Assembly (NCBI GenBank): GCA_028534125.1
Contig: CM052817.1
Span: 6,512,001-6,576,000 of the forward strand
Source of the DNA: Lama glama
Taxonomy: Eukaryota
Direction: 5' to 3'
Length of the DNA stretch: 64,000 nucleotides
Below the pieces are notes generated by a model that did no database searches, was not told the DNA's origin, and saw only the letters and a list, made by a program, of their open reading frames with translations. Below are positions 26,004 to 38,776 of the stretch, in pieces; within the stretch, counting starts at the first letter, position 1, and each line of letters starts with the position of its first letter. The position numbers and the translations under genes were made by a program.

Positions 26004-26148
26004 CCCTGTTGCTCTTGATAAGAGCAAATTGGCACTGTGGGATGGAACAGAGCTTTGTTCCGTCCCACAGTTCAGCCTCCAATTGACTGGAAGAGTTGTA
26101 CAAATTGTTTTCCCTTCGTTCAGAGACACTTATCAAGGCTCAACAAGG
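26004..26148. mobile_element. Ancient palindromic element resembling MER135
   Basis: Terminal inverted arms (gctcttgataag...cttatcaag) enclose caaattggcactgtgggatggaac...gttccgtcccacagttcagcct...ttttcccttc; family name recalled from consensus, not searched. Confidence 0.6.
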
Positions 26149-27110
26149 AAGGTAATTCAGGCCACTTGCCAGGCAGACAAATCTTTCAAAAAAGGCAGCA
26201 TCAAGCCCCCCAGCATAATGAAATTATACGACTTTACCAGCCCTGAGGGAATAAAAAAAAAAGGAAAAAAAAACTTTCTGAAGCAGATTTCTTAATAAGT
26301 GTACCCAACAGAGAAATTTAGTGAAGTATTTCAAAGAGCTATTCAGTTGTGGCATTGTAACCTCCCAGCCCCCGTGGGAAGAGGAGCTCCCCACACAAAT
26401 ATTGCATTTGATTTGTGGCTGATTTTTTCTCATATATATATATATATACTCAGCACATGTCAGGTAACCTTCATTAGAATGATGATTTTGTTAAGCGGTT
26501 TTAGATCTTTAAACCTCAGGTTTGGAAATAACCTTAAAAAGTAACAAGTACATTCGAAGTCCAGCCAGCAGTCGGCTAATACAAGTTCCTCTGGTAGGCG
26601 GACAGCGCTGGGTCACTCCTACTGTGGGCAGCAGGGGCTTTCTGCCTCTTGAGTAAGCCCGACGCCATTCATAGCGCTATACTTGGGCTTCCGGCCCCAA
26701 CATGCTTTCGTGCCATCTTTGCCTCCTAGAATCACAGGCGGTTAGAACCAAATTGACTTTACTCCCATGTAGCCCAATGCTCATGTCTTGTAGCAGAGAA
26801 ATCCGAGGCACAGAGAGCATGAGTGATTTCTTAAGGTCCAATAGCTGGGAAATAGGAAATATGGACAATAAACACCACAGCCACACGAGCAGTGACACTG
26901 GGTTTTGATCTATTGTTTTTCTACATTCTATTTGGCATTATCTCATTTTCCATATAAAATGATAAATTAGAAAATGTGCTGGAGGAAGAGTCAATAGGCT
27001 AGGAATAACCCTCACTGTCTCCAAGTGGCTCAAGGTGCAACTTAGCCTCTCTGCCTTAATTTCTACTGTCTCAAATTGAGAATGAAGGAATGTATGTTGC
27101 ATGTTTAATA

Positions 27111-27220
27111 AATATATATGTATATATAAAATATATACGTGTGTTTGTGTATACACACACATATATATGTGTGTGTGTCTGTGTATACACATATATGTGT
27201 GTCTGTGTGTGTGTGTATAC
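27111..27220. repeat. Compound (TA)n/(CA)n/(TG)n low-complexity tract
   Basis: Read directly. Confidence 0.9.
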
Positions 27221-27559
27221 CTATTATAAACCAGACATGGAGATATTGTTATTAGACCTAAGAGGCAAGTATTATTGGTTCATTTTGCAGCTGAAGTAAC
27301 TAAAGAACAAAGATGTGGGGTGATTCGTCTGAGCTTCTTCAGCCAAAAGAGGCTAGAGCGGAGAAGAGAAACCAAGTCTGTGTGAAGACAAGGTCTGTTG
27401 AGCCGTCAGGGAGAAGGTCAGCTAGAGACCAGGTTATGTATTTAGGGGAAGGTTTTCTCCAGATGCTTGATTTTTCCATGTAGCCAAATGAAACCAATAA
27501 TGGTGATGTTTTATTCTAAAGAGAGTCTTAGTTAACTATCTCCCAGAGTTAAAATAGGT

Positions 27560-28091
27560 GTTGAGAAACCACATCGTTGGTTGTCAGCCTCTACTTGGAC
27601 CTCCTCAGAAATGGGATGTCTACAGACAAAGCTTAGCAGATGACATCAGTGTTTCACCTGCATTCCCTCTGACGCCCTTGACTGTCTTGTGTCCACCAGC
27701 TTCTGTGTGCTTCTGCTACCAACAGCAGCAATTGGAGGGCTGGCTTCAGGCTACCAGAGCCTTCACTGCCTGTAGGCACAAAACCACAAGAACCCAGGAG
27801 AATCTTGAAGTGAATGTCAACCTCAGGGTGTAACTTAATGATGAGTTCAGGATTATAAATACTCCAGCTCCCTTGCTGCTGATTCAGGAGTTCTGGAATG
27901 TATCCTTCATTGTTTCCATGGCTCCCCTGTGGGCTTAAGCCAAAGCCACCCTCCAAGAGTGGGTGCATCCCATACTTGCTGTCATATACTTCCTCAGCCT
28001 CCTTTCCTTCCTCATCCTACTTCCTGCTTCCCATTTCACTTCCACACATACCATCATACCAGGGGCTGCTTCTGAGAAACAAACTTAAGAC
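27560..28091 (+). mobile_element. ERVL LTR (LTR16-like)
   Basis: cctcagggtgtaacttaatga...ataaatactccagctccctt...; 3' end ggggctgcttctgagaaacaaacttaagac. Confidence 0.65.
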
Positions 28092-28499
28092 CTAAGAGCT
28101 GCCCATCCATTGTTTGACACCATGATTGTTTTTTCTTACATTCAATTAGTCTTTGTTTTTCTTCATATTCAATAAGACTTAGACTCCCTATAGTTCCCAT
28201 CCAACAGATCTGTTCTGTCCTCCAAAGTGACAGAGCACACGTCTATTTGCCTTCCACTTGACCTGCTCTCAGATGGTTGATTGTATCTGCAGGTCATCTC
28301 CAGCTCAGCAATGGCTTAAAAGAACATCATTGTGCACTTGCATTATCAGGAGCTAATAATAAAGAGTTGGCACTGACACTTCCTTGTCTGTTATCTGGGA
28401 ATGAGCAGGAAAAAGAAGAAAACAGTCTTGTCACCCTAACAAAAGATGTAGAATCAGTGTGTGTTCCTTTCCTAAGTCAGAGAAATAGCACTGCTACCA

Positions 28500-28750
28500 G
28501 TAATTGTCATTTATTGAGGTCTTACTATGTTCTGGAGGGTTCACAGTCATTTTACATGTGTCATCTCATTAAATCTCCCAAACCCTATTAGGAGTTACGA
28601 TTGTCATTATTATTGATTTACAGATGAGGAAACAGAAATACAGAGAGGTTATGCTACTAACCCTGTGCACAGCAGGAACTGATAGAGCTGGGATTTGAAT
28701 CCAGACAATTTGACACCAGAGCCCATAGTCTGAACCATTATAAATCACTG
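28500..28750 (-). mobile_element. MIR SINE, near full length
   Basis: catttattgaggtcttactatgttc...tctcattaaatctc...tttacagatgaggaaacaga...gagctgggatttgaatccagacaatttgacaccagagcc. Confidence 0.85.
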
Positions 28751-28879
28751 TGCATGTTCTGTGAATAAAGGACCTCATGAGTGCATATTGTTGTAATGCA
28801 TTGAATTTTCACAAGTATTTATTAAACAGAGTGTGAGAGTACAGACTAGAGACTCAAAATCCACACAAAATCTTTGTTT

Positions 28880-29520
28880 TAGATTGCAAAAATGGCTCCA
28901 TTTTTCAGCTCTTCCTCTTGAGAGAGAAAATGCTTTGGCCAATGAGAAATGAACAACAGACCCAAGCAGTGGCTTAACAGTGCTGGCATGTTGGAATATG
29001 CTTTCTCTTTCTGCTCTTTAGAACCTTGAGACTGTCATGTAAAGAAGATTTTCCACCTTCCTGGAAGCTAGAAGATCACAGGGAAAAGAGTTAATCCATC
29101 TCATCTGAGCTCTCCTTAGACTGAACAGCCCATGACGTCTGAGTTAGGTCATCCTAGACTAAGGTTTCTCAACCTTGCTGCTACTAACATTTCGGGCGAG
29201 ACAGTTCTTTGTTGTAGGGAATTGTTGTAGGATGTTTAGCAGCCTCTCTGTCCTTTACCCACTAAATACCAATAAAAATGCCAAGTCATGACAAACCAAA
29301 AATGTGTCTAGATCTTTCCAAACATCCTCTGGTGGCGATGGTGGTGTGTGCAAGTCATCCATAGTTAAGAACTGCAGTTCTACACCATCAAGTCCTAGCT
29401 GATGTACCCCAGACTTGAAAGATTACTCAACTGACTCATAACTGTAAGACAAAAATAAATGATTGTTTTAAGCCATTAGGTTTAAAAAAAAAAGTTACTA
29501 GTCAAAAACTAAATAATGCA
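28880..29520 (+). mobile_element. MLT1 LTR interrupted by MER20
   Basis: gattgcaaaaatggctcc...tgctttggccaatg...; 3' end aataaatgattgttttaagccattagg. Confidence 0.6.
29160..29380. mobile_element. MER20 hAT-Charlie MITE
   Basis: ggtttctcaaccttgctgctactaacatttcggg...ggatgtttagcagcctctctg...tacccacta...gacaaaccaaaaatgtgtctagatc...gttaagaac. Confidence 0.85.
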
Positions 29521-29694
29521 GTCTCTGTAATAGACAGTGTGGATTCCCCACCCCCATTCCTCTTTCTGGATTGTACAGAAGGACAACATTCTCTAGTCCT
29601 ATTTATATTTAGGTGAAGATTATTCAATTAAGTGCCTGGCAATAGGAATGTGAGTAGAACTTATGTGCCACTTGGTCTCAAGCAGTTAAAAATA

Positions 29695-30588
29695 GTATAC
29701 AAAACTGCAATGAGGTATCACCTCACACCAGTCAGAATGGCCATCACTAAAATTCCACAAATGATAAATGCTGGAGAGGATATGGAGAAAACAGTGTAGG
29801 AGGATACCTACACTGTTGGTAGGAATGTAGTTTGGTTCAGTCGTTATGTATAGAGATTCCTTTAAAAGCTGAAAATAAACTTACTATTTCATCCCAGCGA
29901 TCCCACTCCTGGGCATATATCTTGAGGAAACTAATTCGAAAAGCTACGTGCACCCTGATGTTTTTAGCAGCTCTTTTTACAATAGCCAAGGTATGAAAAC
30001 AACCTAAATGTCCATCAAGAGATAACTGGATAAAGAAGTTGTGGTATTTCTCTCTACACACACACACACACACACACAATGGGGTACTACCCAGCCATGA
30101 AAAAGAATAAAATAATGCCATTTGCAGCAACATAGATGGACCTGGAGATCATCATTCTAAGTAAAGTAATCCAGAAAGAGAAAGAAAAATACTATATAAT
30201 ATCATTTATATGTGAAATCTAAATTTAAAAAATTGAGACAAATAAACTTATTTACAAAACAGAAACAGACTTACTGACATAGAAAACAAACTTGTGTTTA
30301 CCATGGGGGAAAAAGGAGGGCGTGCAGGGATACATTGGGAGTTTGGAATTTGCATATACTAACCACTATACATAAAATAGATGAACAGTAAACTCTCACT
30401 GTACAGCACAGGGAACTATATTCAATACCTTGTAATAGCCTATAATGAAAAAAGAATATGAAAAGGAATACACACATATATATATACACACATATCTATG
30501 TGTACAACTGAATCACTATGCTGTACACCAGAAATTAACACAACATTGTAAACCAACTATATTTATATTAAAACAAAATTTTAAAAAA
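29695..30588 (+). mobile_element. L1 3' end inserted in an MLT1 LTR (flanks ~29526-29690 and ~30590-30815)
   Basis: caatgaggtatcacctcacaccagtcagaatggccatc...aataatgccatttgcagcaacatagatggacctggag...gctgtacaccagaaattaacacaacattgtaaaccaacta; internal (CA)n. Confidence 0.9.
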
Positions 30589-30944
30589 TTACATTGTTCT
30601 CCACAGCCCCTTTCTCCTATTTGCCCAGTAGAAGAGAACTCCCGACACTGGCAGAATTATAAGGTGGAAGTATGAATACCTGAGCCATCTTTCAAAGAGA
30701 CTGCTTAGGAGAGCTGCCTAATCTGCACTGGTCTGTGACATAAATAAGGGGTAAATCTTTATCATCTTATACCACTGAGATTTAGGGCTTCCTTGTTATC
30801 ACAGCACAGTGTAGCCTCCATCTTCATTCCTGGCATATGTTATACGTTGGAAATAAATTAAGCTTGCTATTCTTTCCTTTGGGATGAGGACTGGGAAAGT
30901 TTCAATAAGATTTTGTCATTAAATGAGCAGATTTCCTTTGATAT

Positions 30945-32350
30945 CTTTTTTCTTCCAATTTTATTGAGATATAATCGACCTACAGCACTGTATGAGTTTA
31001 AGATGTACAGAATAATGGTTTAAGTTACATACGTCACGAAATGATTATCATAGTAAGTTTAGTGAACATCCATCATCCGACACAGATTCAAAGTAAAAGA
31101 AATAGAAGAAAAATTTTCTTGTGATGAGAACTCCTAGGATTTACTTTCTTAGCCATTTTCATGTATAACATACAGCAGGGGTAAGCACAGTTACCGCATT
31201 GCACATTACATCTCTAGTTCTTATTTACCTCACAACTGGAAGTCTGTACCTTTGGTCCACCTTCATCCAGTTCCCCCTCCACTCTACTCCCCGTCTCTGG
31301 TAAACACAAATCTGATCTCTCTAGTTTGTTTGTTTTTGAAGTGTAGTTATCTACAACACTATGTTGATTCCTCCGGGATTCTATCTTGTTTCTTCTTTTT
31401 GAACGTGTTCCTCTGTTGCTTCATTCTGCCTAATTTGCCGTTCTTATTTCTATATATCTGGTAGGTTGTTTATGTCTCTTGACCTTGGAGAAGTAATCTT
31501 TTGTAGGAGACATCCTATGTGTCCCAGTAACACAGTCCTCTCTGATTTCCAGATCTATATGTTCCAGGGGTGCCCCCTATGTGGGCTGTGTAAGTTTTCC
31601 TGTTGGGATGGGTTGACTACCATGGGCAGTCTGGCAAGTGTGGCTGGTCCCCTGTCCAGCTAGTTGCTTGCCTTGAGGCTTAGAACTGGTGTAGAAAGGC
31701 TGCTGGGAGGGGCCAGTGCTAATACACGAGAGGGAGGAGTCCACAATGCCACTTGCAGAACCGCTGTGCACATGGTAAAATGAGCTCCCCAAAGTGCCTG
31801 CCACCAGTGTCTGTGTCCCCAGGGTGAGCTCGAATTGCCTCCTGCCTCTTCCGGAGGCTCTCCAAGATCAAGGTGGGTCTGATCCACATTCCTTTCAAAT
31901 AACCGCTTCTGCCCTGGGTCCTGAAGTGTGTACGATTTCCTGTGAGCCTTTTAATAGTGGAGTCTCCATTTCCCACAGCCCTCTGGGTCTCCTGAAAGTA
32001 AACTCTGCTGGTCTTCAAAGCTAAATGTTCTGGGGACTCATGTTCCCGGTTCTGGACCCCCAGGGCTGGGGAGCCTGATGTGGAGTTGAGACCACTCCTT
32101 GGGAAGAGCCTCTGCAATGTAACTATTTCCCTGTTTGTGGGTTGCCCACTGTAGGGTATGGGTCTTGACCATACCACATCTCCACCCATCATACTGGTCT
32201 CCTGTGGCTCCTTCTTTATACCATTGGTTACATATCTCTTCTGCTAAACTTCCAGATTTTCTCATCAATAGTTGCTCTGTAAATTGTGGTAATGTTGTGT
32301 GCCCACAGGAGGAGGTGAGCTCAGGGTCTTCCTGCTCCGCCATCTTGGCC
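30945..32350 (-). mobile_element. L1/HAL1-type element keeping 5' UTR and 3' end but lacking nearly all ORF sequence
   Basis: Minus-strand 5' end ggccaagatggcggagcaggaagaccctgagctcacc; ORF1-like start ATG at 31424 (MKQQRNTFKKKKQDRIPEE); 3' end ttttattgagatataatcgacctacagcactgta on plus. Confidence 0.75.
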
Positions 32351-32419
32351 CTTAGATTGCCCAAATTATCTTTAATCCAAGATGCCAACTACTAGGGTGC
32401 CAGCCCCAGCTCCTGCATT

Positions 32420-32830
32420 CATTTATTCAATTAATGTTTATTAAGTGGCCACTGACTGTTAACAGCCATACCAAGAACAGAGCCGTGTAGAAGAGTAAGG
32501 CATGGTCTGTGCCTCTGAGGAGACCATAGCCCACTGGCGAAGGTAACCGCATTAAAAGAAAATTCACAAAACATGGCCGTCACTATAGTGATGAACTTTT
32601 AAACCAGGTGCTGGGAGAACTTCAAAGAATTGATGAATAACTTCCTGGAGAAATCAGAAAACTCTTCACAGAGGAAGTAATAGTATACTTGGATCTATAA
32701 AAATAAAATAAGTATTTTAATAGGCAAAAAGTAAAGAACATAAGGAAATAATGGAGAAGCATTTCAAGCATGAGGAAGAGAAATTTTAAAATAAATGGGA
32801 ATGTGAAATGTCTCTTGGCTGGGAAAAGAG
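32420..32830 (-). mobile_element. L2 LINE fragment
   Basis: cattcatttattcaattaatgtttattaagtg...catggtctgtgcctctgaggag...ggagaaatcagaaaactcttcacagaggaagt. Confidence 0.65.
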
Positions 32831-32879
32831 TTGAGGACATTCTCCTTAACAAATAGTGAGGGTGACGAATCTAGAAGCC

Positions 32880-33410
32880 TGTGTTCTCATTGATCACTCT
32901 GTTATAAACTAGCCCAAAATGTAACAGCTTAAAAAACAACTATTTTGTTTTATCTCATAATTTTTGGGGTTAGGGTTAGGGGAAGGACCTGGTTTGAAAG
33001 TTTTCCTGTCCCATGTGGTGGTGTTGGAGGTCACAGAGAGATATTCATCTGCTGGATGAGGTGGTGTGTGTCTCCAAGATGACTTTACTTTCCTATCTGG
33101 TACCTCGATAGGCATGGCTGGGTTCAGCTAATACTACTGACCTGAGCACGGACATCTGGCATCTCCAGCATGATGGTGGGTGGTCTCAGAATAGTCAGAC
33201 TCTTTACATGGATGCTTAGGGCTCCTGGAGACAGTGTTTCAAAAGGCAAGAAGTAGAAGATGCCAGTCTTTTAAGCCTGGGGCCCAGAAACTGACACTAA
33301 CTCAGATTTGACATATTCTATGGTCACAGTCACCAGAGAGCCTGTTCAGATTCAAGAGGTGGGTCACAGACCCTGATTCTCAATGAGAGTTTGATCAAAG
33401 AATATTCAGG
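32880..33410 (-). mobile_element. MLT1 LTR
   Basis: cccaaaatgtaacagcttaaaaaacaac...atctcataattttt...catctggcatctccagcatg...gtcagactctttacatgg...catattctatggtcacagtcac. Confidence 0.75.
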
Positions 33411-33864
33411 TAAGAGCAGGGGTCTGAGTGTCTCATTCAAGGTGGCAAAGCTTCTACTCCATGGAAGCTACCAGTAGGGACATTAATGCTCAACAGATTC
33501 TTCTTGACCTCTTGGGATGGGATGAACTCCCACTGTGAAAAAGTGCCCTGGGAGATGATACCAGGGTCAGACGTGGCCCTGAAAGAGAAGAGAGATTGTA
33601 ACAAGTTAATTTTGGAGGAGGGGTGCCCAAGTTAGACAGGAAATTGAGCCTGATCCGAAGATAAAGAGTATTCAGGGGGCAGGAAGGTAAAGACTTATAG
33701 GAAGAGGAAATCCAGGGGCAGAAGGTGGGTGGGTGGGAACCAGAGGAAAAGTGATTGAAACAGTAGATGAAAAGAGGTGCTACATGAGTTTGATTTTAGG
33801 CTAAAGACTGTTCTCTGGAAGGTATGGGAAGCAGTTGTGGGATGGTGCTAAGAGTTCTGCTTTG

Positions 33865-34045
33865 GAACAGGGTCTAAGCTGGCCTCTACGTGTCACAGAC
33901 ACACCCATTCTGTTCTGTACTGTCTGTGGCTGCTTTTGTGACACAGTGGCAGAGTTGGTTCCTGGCAACACAGATCCTGAGGCCCACAAAACATAAGATA
34001 TTTGCTACCGGACCCTTTACAGAGAGAGTTTGCGGACCTTTGCTT
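33865..34045. mobile_element. MER58A-like hAT-Charlie MITE
   Basis: ctgtctgtggctgcttttgtgacacagtggcagagttg...ggcccacaaaacataagatatttgctaccggaccctttacagagagagtttgc. Confidence 0.8.
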
Positions 34046-35014
34046 TAAAGATTAGTCTGATAGCCATGGTCTTCTAGCCACCAACCAGTCTTAGGAGAAG
34101 GTGCTGGAAGATGAGCTGTGAGGCTGTTGAAACAATCTAGTGATAATGAACATGGATCGTGGCAGTGGGATGAGGAAGTGGGGAAAAGTTAGGAGACATC
34201 ATGCAGGTGGAGTTGACTCAAGGCTGTGTTTAGTGAAGTTAAGGTGTGCATAATTGCATGTGTGTCTGCCCTTGGAGGAGGGCTAGAAGGCCTAGAGAGA
34301 CGTTTCACTGCTGAGAGATACTGATGCTATTAGCAAAAATGGAGGAGGACTGCGGGATGCAGGAAGAAAGAGACGCTGTTTTGGAAAGAGGGAGGGTAAA
34401 TCTGTTTTCCTGTCCCCCAGTTGGCATTTCTATTTGGACACTGGCTAAGGCAAGTGCAATAACCATGAATTTCTTCTGAAACTCTATTCTATCAAATAGA
34501 ATGATTATGAAAAAAGAGAGTCAGTGTGACAATTTCCAAATGTTTAATTTATTTCACCAGTTTAACAAGCACCCGATTGAGAGAGGGGATCTCTACTGAT
34601 CTCTCAGGACAGTTTCTGATTTCTGGCGGGATCAGGCTACCTCCTGCCTCAAGATTTTTGTTCAGGTTACCTCCTTTGCCTAAACATTGTTGGGCAGACT
34701 CCTAACTCTCAACTTTCCTGGCTAATGTCTCCTGAGCCAGTAGGTTTGAGCTTAAACATCACTTCCTCCAGAAAGCCTTCCTTGGATTTATGGGCTGGAT
34801 TCGTTGGCCCTGGACAATTCCCTGGCAGCACACCATGGTTTTCTCTGCTATGAGGTTCTGCACAACTTGTCTGTTACTCTGTGCTGCCTCCCCAGGCTTC
34901 ATCCTCTAGATAGGAGGTGTTCGAGATCTGGGACTACGTAAATAAATTGTTAACCCTCTACAGATAATACAGTGCTTATTAGCTATTGATACAAACTTGA
35001 TGATACAATAAATG

Positions 35015-35280
35015 ATAAAAAATCAGCTTTTATTGAGAAGTTCCTGCATCAGACACTGATCTAAGGGTTTTATGCAAATCAGCTCAGTCTTCAAATCAGC
35101 CTCCTACTGCAGGTATCACAGTTATATCCTCTTCAGAGACGCAGGGACTAAGGCCCAGAGAAGCTGAGAATCTCAAATTTACTCAAGGTAACAGAACCAT
35201 CAAATGGCATAACCAAGGCTTTAGAGCCAAATCTGTATGACTCCAGACCCAAGTAGTGAACTACTGCAAGTATTGGTCCT
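35015..35280 (-). mobile_element. MIR SINE
   Basis: ttttattgag...cagacactgatctaagggttttatgc...ggactaaggcccagagaag...ttactcaaggtaacaga...ctgtatgactccaga. Confidence 0.7.
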
Positions 35281-35519
35281 TGAGTGGATACATAAACACG
35301 TGAAGGAGAAAAGCAAGGGAGGGAGGGAGGGAGGGAAGGAAGGAGAAAGGAAGGAAAGAGGGACAAACCATTGGCTTTATAAAAAAATGACTTATAGTGT
35401 GTTCTCATCAATTATGGTGCATCTACCAACAAGGAAAACACAACTAACACTTACTTTGCACATTACATTACATATATCAACACAATGACGCTTTGCAGCA
35501 GCAACCCTGTGAAGCACAT

Positions 35520-36285
35520 TCACCCAGTGTCGTCTTGTATCTGGAATTTAACCACTGCATACCTCTTCCTCAGCCACCATCTCCCCTTCCTCCAAGCCAC
35601 CGTCGGCTCTTGCCTAAGTTACAGCTGCAGCCTTCCTGCTGCTGTCTTCCTGCTTCTGAGCTCACTACCCTCTAGTCCATCCTCTGCCTAAAAGTCAGAA
35701 TGATACTTTGAAAAAGATGTCATAGCCTGTCAACCATCCTTTCGAGCCCTCCAGTGTTTCCTCACCTTGGAGAAAAAAACCAGTTATCACAGGGCTGTGC
35801 AGGCCCTGAGCAATCTCACGTCCCTCTCTGAATCCATCCTCACCCCCTCTTCCCCTTGCTTACTCAGCATCAGCCACACTGGCCTCCCCTGTTCTCCTCA
35901 AACCTGCCAGACATGCTCCTGTGAATCTGCTGTTCCCTCTGCATGAAATGTGGTTCCCACAAATACTGACAGTACTTCCATACCTTGCTCAAATGCCTCC
36001 TTCTCAGTGAGGCCTCCCTGGACTTTGCCTACAAATGACACCACCCTTTTCTTCCTAACTCCTGCACTTCTGATCTCTCGTCCCTGCATAATTTCCCTGA
36101 AACCCTAATATCTATGCAATATGCAGTACAGTTTACTTATGAATTTGTTTATTTCCCCCCATTTCTCCAAATCCCAGAAGGTAGAGTTCAGGAATTGTTG
36201 CCTCTTATCATCTCCTATATTTTCGGCACCCTGTAGGTAGTCAGCACTCACTACATGTTCTTAGGAAGCGTGAACAAATGAATCC
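35520..36285 (+). mobile_element. L2 LINE 3' region
   Basis: cctccaagccaccgtcggctcttgcctaagttacagc...cagccacactggcctcc...tgctcaaatgcctccttctcagtgaggcctccctg...gtgaacaaatgaat. Confidence 0.8.
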
Positions 36286-37139
36286 CCATTTTACAGACGA
36301 GGACACTGAGAAACATAATTTAATACCTTGCCCAATGTCATAGTGCAAGTCATTAGAGGACTGGTTATTCAAAGGCCATCAGCTGTCTGGCCCCAGATCT
36401 GAGCACGTATCACTCTCCTCCACTGTCTTCCCCTGAAACAATGACTTGGAGATCATAGGACTTTAAATCAGCATTGACCTCTGGTCAACATACCTGTGTG
36501 ACCTGAGCAAGGTCAATTTCTCTAACTACAAAATGATCATAGTATCAACTCTGCAGAGACTGCAAAAACACATACAAAAGAAACTGCAGCCTCTGGCACA
36601 CAGTAGGTTTTCAATAAGTAAGTGTGTCAAGTTTAGTCTTATTATCAAGACTATTATTGTGACTATGATAGACGAGGTACCACCGCCTACGGCCCTGGAA
36701 TAAAACCAGCGGGTCTCAGTGCATCCGGTGCCTGGCTTCATTGTTCTCTTGCAAAGGCAGAGACTCCATTCTGCATAGACTGCAGACCCGGAATGCTAAT
36801 TTCTTTCACTTTGCGTCCCTGACCCTGGTTTAGAATGGCAGGCCTACCGGAGGGACGCATACCCTGGTGAAGCTGTTTTGACTCTGACTTCAGGGCCCTT
36901 GAGAGCCACATGACTTCCCAGGAATAAGTTTCTCATTTCTGATCATTTTTCCCAGGGCCGAGTGAGCAGCCTTATGACACCTCTCGCCATTTTGCCGTGA
37001 AGAACTCATCTGCGGTGGTGACAAAGGCTGCTGAGTGTGGAAGGAATCTGAAGTTGTTTATCGCACAACTGGGTTGGGGATTGTGGTTAGTTAAATATTT
37101 GTCTCAGAAGTAAAAGTTGGTGCCAAACCTCTTACCCTC

Positions 37140-37435
37140 CCAAGTCGTTCCTTTTTTTTATTTTATTTATTTTTTTATTGAAGTGTAGTTGGCTTACAAT
37201 GTTAGTTTCAGCAACTGTACAGCAAAGCACTTCAGTTATACATACACACACATGAATATGTATTTTTCAGATTCTTTTCCATTGTATGTTATTACAAGAA
37301 ATTGAATATCATTCTCTGTGCTATATAGTAAGTCCTTGTTGTTTGTTTTATATGTAGAAATTTGTATCTGTTAATCCCAAACTCCTAATTTATCCGTCCC
37401 CTGCATTTTCCCCTTTGATAACCACCAAGTCATTT
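37140..37435 (-). mobile_element. 5'-truncated L1 3' end with TSD
   Basis: T-rich tail then ttattgaagtgtagttggcttacaatgttagtttcag; flanked by ccaagtcgtt and ccaagtcatt. Confidence 0.85.
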
Positions 37436-38584
37436 CTTATAGTCTCTGAAATCTTCTCACTGGGGGTAATAGTACTAAAGAAAAGTTAAAGAAAAGGGAA
37501 ACAAGACCAAAAATAAAGTGGGGTTGAGGGGATAAGACAAACAGATACATTAACACCTTCCTTATGAAAAGAGGCTTCCTGAGAACCACTGAACTCTCCC
37601 AGGGCTCAGCAGCAAGGGGACCTCAATTTACACAGACATGCGGGAGTTAGAGCCCATCCCGCCTAAACACCTAAGGCAAAGTGCCTCCCAGAACGGGGTT
37701 TAAGCCGGTCCGGCTGTTGCTATGGAGGCCGTCTTGTTTATTGTTTATGTTTGCCTTTGTCAAATGCTGTGCTTAGAAACAGAGTGTCCTGGGAGTTTAG
37801 AATGCAACCAAAAAAAAAAGATCTATTATTGGCAAAAAGATTGGTTTTGGTTTTGCAAGGATTGGGATTACTTACTCTTCTGTCGGTTGGCTGGAGATGG
37901 GGAGCCCAGAAAGGAGAGAGCTGGACCCTCTCCTGCCTTCCCCGCAACAGAATGCGTGGCAGCCTCCTGATGGATGATCCACACCCAGCTCTACCTGCCT
38001 CCCTCCGGCAAAGCTAGAAGGGCCTGATCCACTTGCTGGTGTCAAGAGTTCCTTTCTTACCCCGAAAGGGCCTGGGGAGAGCCCTGGGTCCTTCTGCCAG
38101 TGGTGCAGGATGGACGGAGCCCAGTAGGTCCATGTGGGCGTCACAGTACAGAGCCCTGTCGACCATCTCCATTCATGGCTGGTCCAGCCTGGGCGAGGTC
38201 CCAGTCCCCTGTCTACTCCTTGCTCACTTTGAGCCGGTGCTTGCTAAGCACTTTGCACGCATCTCTCTTTTATTCCTCACTTTGGTCGTGGGGCTGAGGG
38301 GCTGTTATCCTCAGTCGGCATGGAATTGAGCACAAGGGGGTCAATCATTTTCTCAGCTTCATCCACTCTGTAAGCGGTAGAGTTAAAATACGAACTAGGG
38401 CACTCGAACTCCAAAGCCACACTTTTAACCATTAGTCACTCTGTACTCCTCTTGGGTCTAATACTTAATCTTTAAGCCCTGATCTTTAAGTTCCAGTGTT
38501 TCCTTTCTCTAGGATAAAGCCTTGCTCCTTGGACCTCAGGCAAAAATGGTGTTGGACTCCTCTGATCTTAAATGTAGGTATTAG

Positions 38585-38770
38585 ATCCTGTTTTCGTTTC
38601 TTAGGTCTGATGTAACAAAGTGTCACAAACTGGGGGCCTAAATGGCAGAAATTTACTCTTTCATTGTTTTAAGTAATTCTATCTGCAAAGACACTATTTC
38701 CACATAAGTCCAGGGTCTGAGATTCTGGGTAGACATGAATTTCAGGGGGATGTTTATTCCATCCTCTACA
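38585..38770 (-). mobile_element. Internally deleted MLT1 LTR
   Basis: tgtaacaaagtgtcacaaactggggg...cagaaatttactct joined to atctgcaaagacactatttcc...catgaatttcaggggg. Confidence 0.7.
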
Positions 38771-38776
38771 GACCTT

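Noticed and set aside
31719..32388. 157-aa and 116-aa minus-strand ORFs
   Set aside because: They lie in an L1-type 5' UTR; GC-rich chance ORFs
32966..32986. ggggttagggttaggggaagg as interstitial telomere or G-quadruplex
   Set aside because: Only two TTAGGG units inside an MLT1, and the fourth G-run is too short
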